Below are positions 1-14,038 of a stretch of 64,000 nt of DNA, in pieces; position 1 is the stretch's first letter; each line of letters starts with the position of its first letter. A program made the position numbers and the translations under genes. Origin of the DNA: Escherichia coli (lineage in GTDB: Bacteria > Pseudomonadota > Gammaproteobacteria > Enterobacterales > Enterobacteriaceae). Where the stretch lies: NCBI RefSeq assembly GCF_030013595.1, contig NZ_CP122768.1. One strand, written 5' to 3'. The notes under the pieces are model-generated. The model did not search any database. It saw only the letters and a program-made list of their open reading frames with translations, and was not told the DNA's origin.

Positions 1-63
1 CTTCATAAAGAATACCGACTCGGCCGTAACATCTGATTCTTTTAAAAATTGATTCTTTTTCAT
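1..63 (-). CDS. msrP: First 21 codons of periplasmic methionine-sulfoxide reductase subunit MsrP (YedY); the gene runs off the left edge
   Basis: Reverse strand has ATG at 63..61 and reads MKKNQFLKESDVTAESVFFMK, which I recognise as the YedY/MsrP N-terminus. Its position downstream of hiuH matches K-12 order. Confidence 0.75.
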   Translation of the reverse strand, partial: MKKNQFLKESDVTAESVFFMK

Positions 64-171
64 AAGCCATCACACTTTTTTGTCGTTAGCCAGCAAGAGC
101 CGTTTACTGTTAATCTGTCAGGGAGCCACCTCCCTAACAGTAGCAGAGATCTGCTTTTATATATTTATGCA

Positions 172-585
172 TTAACTGCCACGATAGGTTGAATACCCAT
201 ATTGGCTAAGTAATAAAGGCACATGATAATGCTCGTTCACTTTATTGATATGAAATTCAACGGGGATCTCAGGGAAGAAACTTTCAAGATTTTGTTTCTT
301 GAAATAGTCCCCGGTTTTAAATACGACACGGTAATCGCCCGTAGTTGCAGTTTGCTCGGGCCACAGTGCCTTAATTCGTCCATCCTTATCTGTTTTGGCG
401 GTATTAAGTTGTAACCAGCCGTTATCCGCTTTCTTTTCAAGAGTGACTGTCACGTCGGCAGCGGGTTTTCCTGTTTGCTGGTTCAAAATGTGCACGCTAA
501 GAATGTTTTGTTGTGCAGCATAGACCAAAGAAGGTAATGAAAATGCAGCCGTTACTACGGAGAGTACTAAATAACGCTTTAACAT
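172..585 (-). CDS. hiuH: 5-hydroxyisourate hydrolase, transthyretin-like periplasmic protein
   Basis: 137-aa ORF with a signal peptide (..SLVYAAQQ) and the C-terminal YRGS motif of transthyretin-related proteins; recognised as YedX/HiuH. Confidence 0.92.
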   Translation of the reverse strand: MLKRYLVLSVVTAAFSLPSLVYAAQQNILSVHILNQQTGKPAADVTVTLEKKADNGWLQLNTAKTDKDGRIKALWPEQTATTGDYRVVFKTGDYFKKQNLESFFPEIPVEFHINKVNEHYHVPLLLSQYGYSTYRGS

Positions 586-717
586 GTTTATATCCTTGTC
601 ATGTGAATGAGTTTTGAGGATAGCGAAAAAGCGTCCAGGGTAACCTTACAGAAGCATTACAATTTTGTAATGAACCAGGCTGTTTCTATAACATATGATT
701 TATGGCATATTATTTTC

Positions 718-1389
718 ATGAAGATTTTACTTATTGAAGATAATCAAAGGACCCAGGAATGGGTAACGCAGGGGCTTTCCGAAGCGGGTTATGTCATTGA
801 TGCCGTTTCTGATGGCAGAGATGGGCTTTATCTTGCGCTGAAGGATGATTATGCATTGATCATTCTGGATATTATGCTTCCGGGTATGGATGGCTGGCAG
901 ATCTTACAAACGTTAAGAACAGCAAAGCAAACCCCTGTTATTTGCCTTACTGCAAGGGATTCTGTCGATGACAGAGTCAGAGGGCTGGAGAGTGGAGCAA
1001 ATGATTATCTGGTAAAACCTTTTTCATTTTCTGAGTTGCTGGCAAGGGTTCGGGCACAATTAAGGCAACATCACGCTTTGAATTCAACATTAGAAATCAG
1101 TGGCTTAAGAATGGACTCTGTTAGTCAAAGTGTGAGCAGGGACAATATCAGTATTACACTGACGCGCAAGGAGTTTCAGCTACTTTGGCTACTGGCCTCC
1201 AGAGCTGGCGAAATTATACCCAGAACGGTTATTGCGAGTGAAATTTGGGGAATCAACTTTGATAGTGATACCAATACGGTGGATGTCGCCATTCGCAGGC
1301 TCCGCGCAAAAGTTGATGATCCTTTTCCTGAAAAGCTAATCGCCACAATCCGGGGGATGGGCTATTCATTCGTAGCGGTAAAAAAATAA
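718..1389 (+). CDS. hprR: OmpR-family response regulator HprR (YedW)
   Basis: The ORF is open from 607, but MKILLIEDN at 718 gives a 223-aa protein. It has a receiver domain (DIMLPGMDG) and a winged-helix C-terminus (RGMGY). Confidence 0.9.
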   Translation: MKILLIEDNQRTQEWVTQGLSEAGYVIDAVSDGRDGLYLALKDDYALIILDIMLPGMDGWQILQTLRTAKQTPVICLTARDSVDDRVRGLESGANDYLVKPFSFSELLARVRAQLRQHHALNSTLEISGLRMDSVSQSVSRDNISITLTRKEFQLLWLLASRAGEIIPRTVIASEIWGINFDSDTNTVDVAIRRLRAKVDDPFPEKLIATIRGMGYSFVAVKK

Positions 1390-2747
1390 TGAAAAGATTA
1401 TCTATAACCGTCCGTTTAACCTTGCTTTTTATATTGCTGCTGTCTGTTGCTGGCGCTGGAATTGTATGGACTCTCTATAATGGCCTGGCAAGTGAGTTGA
1501 AATGGCGCGATGATACAACACTCATTAACCGGACAGCGCAGATCAAGCAGTTGTTAATTGATGGGGTAAATCCAGATACGTTACCTGTGTACTTTAACCG
1601 GATGATGGATGTTAGTCAGGATATCTTGATCATTCATGGTGATGGCATCAATAAAATTGTTAACCGGACAAATGTCAGTGATGGCATGTTAAATAACATA
1701 CCTGCTAGTGAGACAATCAGCGCAGCTGGCATTTACAGAAGCATTATTAATGACACAGAGATAGATGCTTTACGAATTAATATTGATGAAGTTTCGCCAT
1801 CATTAACGGTTACTGTGGCTAAATTGGCTTCAGCCAGACATAACATGCTTGAACAGTATAAAATCAATAGCATTATAATTTGCATTGTCGCCATTATACT
1901 GTGCTCAGTATTAAGTCCGTTGTTAATCAGAACGGGGTTACGAGAGATCAAAAAGTTGAGTGGTGTAACGGAAGCGCTGAATTATAACGATAGCCGAGAG
2001 CCTGTTGAAGTTAGCGCATTACCGAGAGAACTAAAACCTCTTGGGCAGGCGTTGAATAAAATGCACCAAGCCTTAGTCAAAGATTTTGAACGCCTTAGTC
2101 AATTTGCTGACGATCTCGCTCATGAACTTAGAACGCCAATTAATGCATTACTGGGTCAGAATCAGGTTACGCTCAGTCAAACCAGAAGTATCGCTGAATA
2201 TCAAAAAACAATTGCCGGAAACATTGAAGAGCTGGAAAATATTTCGCGGTTAACAGAGAACATACTGTTTCTTGCCAGGGCAGATAAAAACAATGTTTTG
2301 GTGAAACTGGATTCGCTTTCTCTCAATAAGGAAGTCGAAAATTTGTTGGACTATCTTGAATACCTTTCAGACGAGAAAGAGATTTGCTTTAAGGTCGAGT
2401 GCAATCAGCAAATTTTTGCGGATAAAATTTTACTGCAACGAATGTTATCGAATCTTATTGTTAACGCTATTCGATATTCACCAGAAAAATCGCGCATTCT
2501 TATAACCAGTTTTCTTGATACCAACGGTTCTCTTAATATTGATATCGCCAGTCCTGGAACGAAAATTCATGAGCCTGAAAAACTCTTCCGTAGATTTTGG
2601 CGGGGAGATAATTCGCGTCATTCCGTAGGTCAGGGACTTGGTCTTTCTTTAGTCAAAGCGATTGCCGAATTGCATGGGGGAAGTGCTACGTATCACTATC
2701 TCAATAAGCATAATGTGTTCCGGATTACGTTACCGCAAAGAAATTAA
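1389..2747 (+). CDS. hprS: Sensor histidine kinase HprS (YedV)
   Basis: 452 aa with two TM segments, an H-box (LAHELRTPIN) and an ATPase G-box (GQGLGLSLV). An ATGA-type overlap joins it to hprR. Confidence 0.9.
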   Translation: MKRLSITVRLTLLFILLLSVAGAGIVWTLYNGLASELKWRDDTTLINRTAQIKQLLIDGVNPDTLPVYFNRMMDVSQDILIIHGDGINKIVNRTNVSDGMLNNIPASETISAAGIYRSIINDTEIDALRINIDEVSPSLTVTVAKLASARHNMLEQYKINSIIICIVAIILCSVLSPLLIRTGLREIKKLSGVTEALNYNDSREPVEVSALPRELKPLGQALNKMHQALVKDFERLSQFADDLAHELRTPINALLGQNQVTLSQTRSIAEYQKTIAGNIEELENISRLTENILFLARADKNNVLVKLDSLSLNKEVENLLDYLEYLSDEKEICFKVECNQQIFADKILLQRMLSNLIVNAIRYSPEKSRILITSFLDTNGSLNIDIASPGTKIHEPEKLFRRFWRGDNSRHSVGQGLGLSLVKAIAELHGGSATYHYLNKHNVFRITLPQRN

Positions 2748-2853
2748 CATAGGGCTTCAGTACGCCATAAATTAACCGTGAAAAACGCAGCCACGTCGTG
2801 AGTACTAACGCGGCTGCGATTGATTATGCGCTTACATTCAAACGTAACAGGGA

Positions 2854-3705
2854 TTAACCCGCGTAAGCTGCCAGCATTTCCTGCGCCGCCAGTTTACCCA
2901 ACGCATTCGCTGCGAAAGGACTGTCGCCGGTGAGAACTTTACGGTCCTTATGTACTCGCCCGGTGATGTCGTCATTAATGATGTTCATGCCCATTTTCTT
3001 CAGCTCTTCGCCAAAGTACCAGGTGAGATGACCCGGCATATAGCCTATCTCTGGTGTTTGTTTGTCTGCGGCGTCTGGGAATGCGCAAATGGAATAACCA
3101 TTCAGTGGGTTATCGCCGTGGCGAAGTGCCAGAAAAGCCGCCGGGCCGTGGCAAAGGGAGATAACAAAACGGTCATTTTTGATTGCCCACTGTAAAGCGG
3201 CAGCTACGTCCTGGCTTTCAGGTAAACCAATAAGTGCGCCATGACCACCAGGAACAAAGATTGCTGCATATTCGCTGTCAGCGTTGAGGCTGGCGACAAC
3301 ATCCGCGAGTTTCTTCGGATTGCGGAACAAAGATTTATGCTGCTCAAAGAATGGCATTACTTTTTCATCTTTGTGCGGCATAGCCCAGTATTCAAACTTG
3401 GTCATCAGACCGGAAATGGTCGCCACTTCGAATTCGAAACCTGCAGCGTGGAGATGATACAACGGCAGCAATGTTTCAATCGGATGGTTACCGGTCGAGA
3501 ACAGTTTTCCGTTATCGGTCGGCAAATAACGTTCGTCCGCGGCGATCACCAGAATTTTATGTTTACCGCGATACGGTTTTGGATAGTCCACGCCATCAAG
3601 ATCAGAGACAGGACTGGTATATTGGCTAAGCGAATATTCTGAAGGGAAGAATGCATTATCTTCAGCAATATCGACCTGCGGATTTTTACTTGTTTGAACA
3701 GTCAT
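2854..3705 (-). CDS. hchA: Hsp31 glyoxalase III / chaperone (DJ-1/PfpI family)
   Basis: 283-aa ORF MTVQTSKNPQVDIAEDNAFFPSEYS... recognised as HchA; it contains the nucleophile-elbow motif SLCHGP. Confidence 0.95.
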   Translation of the reverse strand: MTVQTSKNPQVDIAEDNAFFPSEYSLSQYTSPVSDLDGVDYPKPYRGKHKILVIAADERYLPTDNGKLFSTGNHPIETLLPLYHLHAAGFEFEVATISGLMTKFEYWAMPHKDEKVMPFFEQHKSLFRNPKKLADVVASLNADSEYAAIFVPGGHGALIGLPESQDVAAALQWAIKNDRFVISLCHGPAAFLALRHGDNPLNGYSICAFPDAADKQTPEIGYMPGHLTWYFGEELKKMGMNIINDDITGRVHKDRKVLTGDSPFAANALGKLAAQEMLAAYAG

Positions 3706-4214
3706 AGTGTATTCCTTATTGTTGCTTAGTTAGGGTAGTCACTATATTTGCGACTGAGCTGGTCGCTATTTTTAACCAGGCTGGAAAATTGAGTCAATAT
3801 ATCGAAAGCGGTAGTCGTGGGTGTAAGTATGTAATGATGATGCTGCACTGGTGTTGAATATTATTCACGCCAAATTTTCCTTATTGAGCTACGTCGTCGC
3901 AAGTGGCCTCAATGATTTTAGACCATTATCAGAGGTACGGGGCGGCGGGGAGAGATTTAGTGCTGTGGAATATCGTGGTGCTGATGAATATTTATATCCC
4001 GGATTGGCAGAGAAAAAGCTTTTTTCATGCACTATTTTTGCAAATATTTCTATATGGGGGGCGGTTTTGTTGCAGATTAATTCATAAAGAAATGCATTTG
4101 GGTGTTGGCTGGAAGAGACGCTGGTAGATTTTATTGAGCCAGGAGGGGCGGGGTAATGTGCTGTATCGATATGCTTTGGCAAATGCGTGTGCCGCAGATG
4201 GAGATGAAATGCCA

Positions 4215-4253
4215 ATAAAAAAGCCTGAGTTCGATGAGGGACGAACTCAGGCT
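4215..4253 (-). terminator. Rho-independent terminator downstream of the porin gene
   Basis: Stem AGCCTGAGTTCG/CGAACTCAGGCT (4222..4233 / 4242..4253). On the minus strand it is followed by TTTTTTATT. Confidence 0.6.
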
Positions 4254-4295
4254 ATTGTTAAGTTTTACAGTAACACGCCGCGGCGCGTTGGCTGA

Positions 4296-5483
4296 TTAGA
4301 ACTGGTAGACTAAGCCCACAGCTACGATATCATCGGTAGCGATGCCGTTTTCTTTGTAGAAGTCGTCGTCGTTGTCCAGCAGGTTGATTTTGTAATCAAC
4401 GTAGGTGGACATGTTTTTGTTGAAGTAGTAGGTCATACCAATATCAACATATTTAACCAGATCTTTGTTGGTGTAATGATGATTGCCCTGGCTGTCGAAG
4501 TTATCACTATTTACACCGCCTAAATCCTTACCTTTAGATTGCAGGTAAGCGATGGACGGGCGCAGACCGAAGTCGAACTGATACTGAGCAACCACTTCAA
4601 AGTTTTGGGTTTTGTTAGCGATCGCATCAGCATCACCGTAACCAGTCATGTTACGGGTTTCAGCATACATAGCTGCTAAGTAAACGTTATTAGCGTCGTA
4701 TTTAGCACCAACGGTCCATGCTTCTGCTGTTTCACCGCCAGCAGTTGCATCGAAGCGATCTCCATAACGAGTGTTATGAGTACCTTTGTGAACCTGATTG
4801 TCGGTACGGTCAGAGTTAGAGTAAGCAGCGCCCAGACTTAAACCAAAGTCAAAGTCATAGGAAGTGGACATACCGAAGCCGTCGCCGTTCTCTTTAGCTA
4901 ACTTACGGCCATTACCGTTACCAGAACCTTCCTGACCGAATAATCCATCATCTTCATTATTACCCTGATATTGCAGAGCAAAGTTCAGGCCATCGACCTG
5001 GCCAAAGAAGCCATTGTTACGGTAGGTTGCAACACCATTAGCACGACCGTTCATGAAGTTGTCGGCACCAGCATAGGTATCGCCACCAAATTCTGGCAGC
5101 ATATCGGTCCATGCTTCGATGTCATATACGACACCGTAGTTACGACCATAGTCGAAAGTACCATTCTGACCAAAGCCTAAACCTGCAAATGCCAGACGCG
5201 TTGCGGTATTACCTTTGTCGCTTTCAGGACCGTTTGCGCCAATGTTAAATTCCCACTGACCATAACCAGTGAATTGGTCAGCGATCTGAGTTTCACCTTT
5301 GAAACCGATACGGGCATATGACATGTCGCCATCGCTGCCAGCATCATCAGAGAAGTAGTGCAGGCCCGCTACTTTTCCGTACAAATCCAGTTTATTACCA
5401 TCTTTATTATAGACTTCAGCCGCATTTGCTGCGCCAGCAACTAATAACGCCGGGACCAGCATTGCCAGAACTTTTCTTTTCAT
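4296..5483 (-). CDS. yedS: OmpC/OmpF-family general porin (YedS-type), apparently intact
   Basis: ORF open to 5513; [21 protein letters not shown] at 5483 is a typical porin signal peptide. The protein is 16-strand-porin-like and ends ...VGLVYQF. Confidence 0.88.
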   Translation of the reverse strand: MKRKVLAMLVPALLVAGAANAAEVYNKDGNKLDLYGKVAGLHYFSDDAGSDGDMSYARIGFKGETQIADQFTGYGQWEFNIGANGPESDKGNTATRLAFAGLGFGQNGTFDYGRNYGVVYDIEAWTDMLPEFGGDTYAGADNFMNGRANGVATYRNNGFFGQVDGLNFALQYQGNNEDDGLFGQEGSGNGNGRKLAKENGDGFGMSTSYDFDFGLSLGAAYSNSDRTDNQVHKGTHNTRYGDRFDATAGGETAEAWTVGAKYDANNVYLAAMYAETRNMTGYGDADAIANKTQNFEVVAQYQFDFGLRPSIAYLQSKGKDLGGVNSDNFDSQGNHHYTNKDLVKYVDIGMTYYFNKNMSTYVDYKINLLDNDDDFYKENGIATDDIVAVGLVYQF

Positions 5484-6048
5484 TATGTATTCCCTTGTGA
5501 TTATAATCTTCATGAATATATCAATAAGTGCTGTTATCCAAAAAAAAGCACATTTGGATACTATTCTATGAAGTTCATTTTATTTTAAAGATTACATGTA
5601 ACAAATGTATTTAAAAGATTTCAAAATGTTTCCAATCTGTTTAATATAATTCAGAATTATGAATTCTGAATATAAATATTCACGAATATTATGAATGCAT
5701 ATCAATATGTTATGAGTTGAGCGGAAACATAGGGAGTATCAATGATTGTTGTGCTAAACGGCTGGTGTGATCTCGCGCACATTAATGAAGGCATAAAAAA
5801 AGCCGGCATCATGCCGGCCCAAAAAATATAAACAAGACGATAAAAGGCTAATAACGGAAGCATCATGACACAGAATAATAAAAAGGGATAATTGTAATCA
5901 GTGCTAATATATTGATTGAATGAATTAATAAAGCCGATATCAAAGATAAATAAAATCGCTCAAAACGATTTTTCCTGTATTCACTGCCATTGCGCAAAAA
6001 TTATCTATTTGTTCAAAAAATGATTGAGTCTTGACTGGCTCATCCAAT

Positions 6049-6414
6049 GTGGAAAAATGTGACTTTTATCACATAATAGTACTAAGTCTGAATTTTCCGG
6101 GTTATCTCAAAATGGAATACGGTTCGACAAAGATGGAAGAGAGACTCACTCGCAGCCCTGGTGGCAAATTGGCTTTGTGGGCTTTCTATACATGGTGTGG
6201 CTATTTTGTCTGGGCAATGGCGCGTTACATCTGGGTGATGAGCCGGATCCCCGATGCCCCCGTGTCGGGATTTGAAAGCGATTTAGGCTCTACCGCGGGA
6301 AAGTGGTTAGGGGCACTGGTTGGCTTTTTATTTATGGCTCTGGTCGGGGCATTGTTAGGCAGCATTGCCTGGTACACCCGACCTCGTCCCGCACGTAGCA
6401 GACGCTATGAATAA
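6049..6414 (+). CDS. yedR: Small inner-membrane protein YedR
   Basis: Two hydrophobic segments ([37 protein letters not shown]). The start is uncertain: TTG 6031, GTG 6049 or ATG 6112. GTG 6049 gives the 121 aa I recall for K-12. Confidence 0.7.
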   Translation: MEKCDFYHIIVLSLNFPGYLKMEYGSTKMEERLTRSPGGKLALWAFYTWCGYFVWAMARYIWVMSRIPDAPVSGFESDLGSTAGKWLGALVGFLFMALVGALLGSIAWYTRPRPARSRRYE

Positions 6415-6452
6415 AAACTGCTAAGGTTGCGACCCTTGGCAACGGAGCGCGT

Positions 6453-7148
6453 ATGGACGTACAACACTGGCAGGTACAGTTCGAAAACTGGTTGAAAAAC
6501 CATCATCAGCACCAGGACGCGGCCCATGACGTGTGTCATTTTCGCCGCGTCTGGGCTACGGCACAGAAGCTGGCGGCAGATGACGATGTCGATATGCTGG
6601 TGATTTTAACCGCCTGTTATTTTCACGATATTGTGAGCCTGGCGAAAGATCATCCGCAACGGCAGCGTTCTTCAATCCTGGCGGCAGAAGAGACGCGTCG
6701 CCTGCTCCGTGAAGAGTTCGTGCAATTTCCGGCGGAGAAAATTGAGGCCGTTTGTCATGCCATTGCCGCGCACAGTTTCAGCGCGCAAATCGCCCCCTTA
6801 ACAACGGAAGCTAAAATCGTCCAGGATGCGGATCGGCTGGAAGCCCTGGGGGCGATTGGCCTGGCGCGCGTGTTTGCCGTTTCAGGGGCATTGGGCGTGG
6901 CGCTGTTTGATGGCGAAGATCCGTTCGCACAGCATCGCCCGCTGGATGATAAACGCTACGCGCTGGATCATTTCCAGACTAAGTTGCTGAAGCTACCGCA
7001 AACCATGCAAACCGCAAGAGGCAAGCAGCTGGCGCAGCACAACGCGCAATTTTTAGTCGAGTTTATGGCGAAGCTCAGTGCCGAACTGGCGGGGGAGAAT
7101 GAAGGTGTCGATCACAAGGTGATAGATGCGTTTTCACCCGCGGGCTGA
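6453..7148 (+). CDS. yedJ: HD-domain phosphohydrolase YedJ
   Basis: 231 aa with H..HD metal-binding motifs (CHFRRV..., [17 protein letters not shown]). Confidence 0.85.
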   Translation: MDVQHWQVQFENWLKNHHQHQDAAHDVCHFRRVWATAQKLAADDDVDMLVILTACYFHDIVSLAKDHPQRQRSSILAAEETRRLLREEFVQFPAEKIEAVCHAIAAHSFSAQIAPLTTEAKIVQDADRLEALGAIGLARVFAVSGALGVALFDGEDPFAQHRPLDDKRYALDHFQTKLLKLPQTMQTARGKQLAQHNAQFLVEFMAKLSAELAGENEGVDHKVIDAFSPAG

Positions 7149-7214
7149 GCGCGTGGCCCTAAATGGCTGTAATTATGTTAACCTGTCGGCCATCTCAGAT
7201 GGCCGGTTAAATCT

Positions 7215-8633
7215 ATGCAGGAAAATATATCAGTAACCGATTTATACAGCACCGGGAATGCCGCACAGGCAATGCTGGAGAAACTGCTGCAAATTTATGA
7301 TGTTAAAACGCTGGTGGCGCAGCTTAATGGTGTGGGTGAGAATCACTGGAGCGCGGCAATTTTAAAACGTGCGCTGGCGAATGACTCGGCATGGCATCGT
7401 TTAAGTGAGAAAGAGTTCGCCCATCTGCAAACGTTGTTACCCAAACCACCGGCACATCATCCGCATTATGCGTTTCGCTTTATCGATCTATTTGCCGGAA
7501 TTGGCGGCATCCGTCGCGGTTTTGAATCGATTGGCGGACAGTGCGTGTTTACCAGCGAATGGAACAAACATGCGGTACGCACTTATAAAGCCAATCATTA
7601 TTGCGACCCGGCGACGCATCATTTTAATGAAGATATCCGCGACATCACCCTCAGCCATAAAGACGGCGTGAGTGATGAGGCGGCGGCGGAACATATTCGT
7701 CAACACATTCCTGAACACGATGTATTACTGGCGGGTTTTCCTTGTCAGCCATTTTCGCTGGCTGGCGTATCGAAAAAGAACTCGCTCGGGCGGGCGCATG
7801 GTTTTGCCTGCGATACCCAGGGCACGCTGTTCTTTGATGTGGTGCGCATTATCGACGCGCGTCGTCCGGCGATGTTTGTGCTCGAAAACGTCAAAAACCT
7901 GAAAAGTCACGATAAAGGAAAAACGTTCCGCATCATCATGCAGACGCTGGAGGAACTGGGCTATGACGTGGCTGATGCAGAAGATAACGGGCCGGACGAT
8001 CCGAAAATCATCGATGGTAAACATTTCCTGCCGCAGCACCGTGAACGCATCGTGCTGGTGGGGTTTCGTCGCGATCTGAATCTGAAAGCCGATTTTACCC
8101 TGCGTGATATCAGCGAATGTTTCCCTGCGCAGCGAGTGACGCTGGCCCAGCTGCTGGACCCGATGGTCGAGGCGAAATATATCCTGACGCCGGTGTTGTG
8201 GAAGTACCTCTATCGTTATGCGAAAAAACATCAGGCACGCGGTAACGGCTTCGGTTATGGAATGGTTTATCCGAACAATCCGCAAAGCGTCACGCGTACG
8301 CTGTCTGCGCGTTATTACAAAGATGGCGCGGAAATTTTAATCGATCGCGGTTGGGATATGGCCACGGGTGAGAAAGACTTTGACGATCCGCTGAATCATC
8401 AACATCGTCCACGTCGGTTAACGCCTCGGGAATGCGCGCGCTTAATGGGTTTTGAAGCGCCGGGAGAAGCGAAATTCCGCATTCCGGTTTCGGACACTCA
8501 GGCCTATCGCCAGTTCGGTAACTCGGTGGTCGTACCGGTCTTTGCCGCGGTGGCAAAACTGCTTGAGCCAAAAATCAAACAGGCGGTGGCGTTGCGTCAG
8601 CAAGAGGCACAACATGGCCGACGTTCACGATAA
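7215..8633 (+). CDS. dcm: DNA-cytosine C5 methyltransferase Dcm
   Basis: 472 aa with C5-MTase motifs FAGIGG (I), GFPCQPFS (IV), ENV (VI) and QFGNSV (X). Confidence 0.95.
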   Translation: MQENISVTDLYSTGNAAQAMLEKLLQIYDVKTLVAQLNGVGENHWSAAILKRALANDSAWHRLSEKEFAHLQTLLPKPPAHHPHYAFRFIDLFAGIGGIRRGFESIGGQCVFTSEWNKHAVRTYKANHYCDPATHHFNEDIRDITLSHKDGVSDEAAAEHIRQHIPEHDVLLAGFPCQPFSLAGVSKKNSLGRAHGFACDTQGTLFFDVVRIIDARRPAMFVLENVKNLKSHDKGKTFRIIMQTLEELGYDVADAEDNGPDDPKIIDGKHFLPQHRERIVLVGFRRDLNLKADFTLRDISECFPAQRVTLAQLLDPMVEAKYILTPVLWKYLYRYAKKHQARGNGFGYGMVYPNNPQSVTRTLSARYYKDGAEILIDRGWDMATGEKDFDDPLNHQHRPRRLTPRECARLMGFEAPGEAKFRIPVSDTQAYRQFGNSVVVPVFAAVAKLLEPKIKQAVALRQQEAQHGRRSR

Positions 8634-9084
8634 GGCCACACGCAGCAAAAATATGCGCGCAATTGCCACGCGTGATACGGCGATTGAGAAGCGTCTCGCC
8701 AGTTTGTTAACCGGGCAGGGACTGGCGTTTCGCGTTCAGGACGCCAGTCTGCCCGGACGCCCGGATTTTGTCGTTGATGAATATCGCTGCGTGATATTTA
8801 CCCACGGCTGCTTCTGGCATCATCATCACTGCTATCTGTTTAAAGTGCCTGCGACTCGAACCGAGTTCTGGCTGGAGAAGATAGGTAAAAATGTTGAGCG
8901 GGATCGCCGTGATATCAGTCGCTTGCAGGAGCTTGACTGGCGTGTACTGATTGTCTGGGAGTGTGCGTTACGTGGGCGCGAGAAGCTGACGGATGAAGCG
9001 CTTACCGAGCGTCTGGAAGAGTGGATCTGCGGCGAAGGTGCCAGCGCGCAGATCGACACGCAGGGGATTCATTTACTCGCTTGA
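8614..9084 (+). CDS. vsr: Very-short-patch repair endonuclease Vsr
   Basis: [17 protein letters not shown]... starts at 8614 inside the longer listed ORF and gives 156 aa. It overlaps the dcm 3' end by 20 nt in another frame, as is known for dcm-vsr. Confidence 0.93.
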   Translation: MADVHDKATRSKNMRAIATRDTAIEKRLASLLTGQGLAFRVQDASLPGRPDFVVDEYRCVIFTHGCFWHHHHCYLFKVPATRTEFWLEKIGKNVERDRRDISRLQELDWRVLIVWECALRGREKLTDEALTERLEEWICGEGASAQIDTQGIHLLA

Positions 9085-9993
9085 TGCGTCCTGAATAACT
9101 GGCGCAACTACGGGTTTGGCCGGGAAGAGATATTTTCCCAACGTGACCAGTACCACTGCGAAGACAATTACGCCGAGCGCCAGCCATTCAATCTTCGACA
9201 GCGTCTCTCCGCCCAGTCCCGTACCCAGCAAGACCGCGACCACCGGGTTAACGTAGGCGTAGCTGGTGGCGAGAGCCGGACTGACGTTGCGGATTAAATA
9301 CATATAAGCGTTAATGGCGATAATCGAACCAAACAGCGCCAGATAGCCGACCGCAAGGAAGCCTGAAAGGGAAGGGAGCGCCGTCAGTTTTTCACCCGCA
9401 ATTATCGACGCGATCATTAACACCACGCCTGCCGCCAGCATCTCAATCGCACCCGCCATCATCCCTACAGGTAAGGTAATGCGCGAGCCATAAACCGAGC
9501 CAAACGCCCAGCTAATCGAGCCGATTAAAATCAGAATCGCGCCCCACGGATTGCCGCTTAAATTTCCACCGCTATTGAGCATGATGATTCCGGCAAGCCC
9601 AATGGCGATACCCACCCATTCCAGTTTGCGCGTTTTAATGCCAAACAGGCGGCTGAAGCACAGGGTAAAGAGGGGCACGGTTGCAACCACTACGGCGGCG
9701 ATGCCGGAAGGAACATTTTGATGTTCGGCAACCGTCACCATGCCATTACCGACAGCCAGCAATAACAGGCCAATCAGCGCGGCATTGAGCAACGGACGTA
9801 GCGGGGGGAGTTTGTGTCCGCGCAGTAGCAAAAATGCCAGCAATAAAATACCGGCTGCCAGGAATCGAACGCCCGCCATCATTAACGGAGGCCAGCTTTC
9901 CACGCCAATCCGAATGACAAAATAGGTTGAGCCCCAAATGATATACAACGCAAACAGCGCGCCAAAAAGCGGTAACAACTGGCGGAAACGCAT
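9073..9993 (-). CDS. yedA: EamA/DMT-family inner-membrane transporter YedA
   Basis: 306 aa with ten predicted hydrophobic helices and duplicated EamA halves. Confidence 0.88.
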   Translation of the reverse strand: MRFRQLLPLFGALFALYIIWGSTYFVIRIGVESWPPLMMAGVRFLAAGILLLAFLLLRGHKLPPLRPLLNAALIGLLLLAVGNGMVTVAEHQNVPSGIAAVVVATVPLFTLCFSRLFGIKTRKLEWVGIAIGLAGIIMLNSGGNLSGNPWGAILILIGSISWAFGSVYGSRITLPVGMMAGAIEMLAAGVVLMIASIIAGEKLTALPSLSGFLAVGYLALFGSIIAINAYMYLIRNVSPALATSYAYVNPVVAVLLGTGLGGETLSKIEWLALGVIVFAVVLVTLGKYLFPAKPVVAPVIQDASSE

Positions 9994-10165
9994 AATCCCT
10001 CACGGTGGAAATAAAAAGGTGGGTCATAGTAAACGTGAAAATCATTCTGCTGGCGAGAGATATAATTGCACTTGATTGTTAAAAAAATGTTGACCTGTGA
10101 AGCAAGTATCAGAGCTGCCGTTTTTGCTTCATACTTACACCCTTCAACAATAAAAATGAGAGGGA

Positions 10166-11083
10166 ATGCTTTTGGCCGGGAGTAGTTTACTGACGTTGCT
10201 CGATGATATCGCCACACTGCTGGACGATATTTCCGTGATGGGCAAACTGGCGGCGAAGAAAACCGCCGGTGTATTAGGGGATGACTTATCGCTCAATGCG
10301 CAACAAGTTTCAGGCGTGCGGGCCAACCGGGAACTTCCCGTGGTCTGGGGCGTGGCGAAAGGATCGCTGATCAATAAAGTGATTCTGGTGCCGCTGGCGC
10401 TGATCATCAGTGCGTTTATCCCGTGGGCGATTACGCCACTGTTGATGATTGGCGGCGCGTTTCTCTGCTTTGAAGGGGTAGAGAAAGTGCTGCATATGCT
10501 GGAGGCGCGTAAACATAAAGAAGATCCGGCGCAGAGTCAGCAACGTCTGGAGAAGCTGGCGGCGCAGGATCCGCTGAAGTTTGAAAAGGACAAAATAAAA
10601 GGGGCGATTCGTACCGATTTTATATTGTCTGCGGAAATTGTCGCCATCACGCTGGGGATTGTGGCCGAAGCGCCGTTGCTTAATCAGGTGCTGGTGCTTT
10701 CAGGCATCGCGCTGGTAGTGACCGTGGGCGTCTACGGTCTGGTAGGGGTTATCGTTAAGATTGATGACCTGGGGTATTGGCTGGCGGAAAAATCCAGCGC
10801 ACTGATGCAGGCATTAGGTAAAGGGTTATTGATCATTGCGCCCTGGCTGATGAAAGCGTTATCGATTGTCGGCACGCTGGCGATGTTCCTCGTCGGCGGT
10901 GGGATTGTGGTACATGGAATTGCGCCGCTGCATCACGCCATTGAACATTTCGCCGGGCAGCAAAGTGCAGTGGTGGCGATGATATTACCGACTGTTTTAA
11001 ATCTGATTCTTGGTTTTATCATCGGCGGCATCGTGGTGCTGGGAGTGAAAGCAGTAGCGAAAATGCGTGGTCAGGCACATTAA
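10166..11083 (+). CDS. yedI: DUF808 inner-membrane protein YedI
   Basis: 305 aa; N-terminus [23 protein letters not shown] recognised as YedI. Confidence 0.85.
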   Translation: MLLAGSSLLTLLDDIATLLDDISVMGKLAAKKTAGVLGDDLSLNAQQVSGVRANRELPVVWGVAKGSLINKVILVPLALIISAFIPWAITPLLMIGGAFLCFEGVEKVLHMLEARKHKEDPAQSQQRLEKLAAQDPLKFEKDKIKGAIRTDFILSAEIVAITLGIVAEAPLLNQVLVLSGIALVVTVGVYGLVGVIVKIDDLGYWLAEKSSALMQALGKGLLIIAPWLMKALSIVGTLAMFLVGGGIVVHGIAPLHHAIEHFAGQQSAVVAMILPTVLNLILGFIIGGIVVLGVKAVAKMRGQAH

Positions 11084-11161
11084 TACTCGCACTGGCTATT
11101 ATGCAAAATTCGCCATCTTCAACTAAGGTGAACAAGTTTCACTCGAAAAAAGGAGGCGAGT

Positions 11162-11404
11162 ATGAGCTTTATGGTTAGTGAGGAAGTTACGGTTAAAGAG
11201 GGCGGCCCGCGGATGATTGTCACTGGATACTCCAGCGGTATGGTTGAGTGTCGTTGGTATGACGGTTACGGGGTCAAGCGGGAAGCTTTTCATGAAACCG
11301 AGCTTGTTCCGGGGAGGGGAGTCGTCCTGCGGAAGAAGTTTGAAAGGGTATCATTAACACCAGGCCGGATCACATCCGGCCTGGTGTACCAATGCCTGCA
11401 ATGA
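11162..11404 (+). CDS. yodC: YodC (DUF2158) with an altered, extended C-terminus (apparent 1-nt frameshift)
   Basis: The N-terminal 50 aa (MSFMVSEEVTVKEGGPRMIVTGYSSGMVECRWYDGYGVKREAFHETELVP) match YodC. After the G-run at 11311..11320 the frame changes, and the ORF reads through a terminator-like hairpin. Confidence 0.6.
   Translation: MSFMVSEEVTVKEGGPRMIVTGYSSGMVECRWYDGYGVKREAFHETELVPGRGVVLRKKFERVSLTPGRITSGLVYQCLQ
11357..11387 (+). terminator. Perfect 14-bp-stem hairpin downstream of the ancestral yodC stop
   Basis: ACACCAGGCCGGAT-CAC-ATCCGGCCTGGTGT. There is no clear T-run, so it could instead be a REP-like stem-loop. Confidence 0.45.
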
Positions 11405-11513
11405 ATGATAGTCGCGTCTTATCATGCCACCATTATAAAATTATCGCTGTTTTGCGGTACGTTATCGCCGGGTTATGCCAGAATCATAAAAAAGCAGGTT
11501 GGGTGTCGTCAGG

Positions 11514-14038
<2,525 letters not shown>

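Noticed and set aside
3851-4215. Three overlapping ORFs (74-108 aa) in the hchA-porin intergenic region.
   Set aside because: They are mutually overlapping on both strands, have no RBS and have odd composition. This is most likely a non-coding regulatory spacer.
5795-5826. Hairpin GCCGGCAT-C-ATGCCGGC flanked by an A-run and a T-run. On the minus strand it looks like a terminator, but there is no obvious gene upstream of it.
   Set aside because: No promoter or ORF can be tied to it from sequence alone. It may be an sRNA terminator or simply a palindrome in the AT-rich porin regulatory region. The evidence is too weak to report as a feature.
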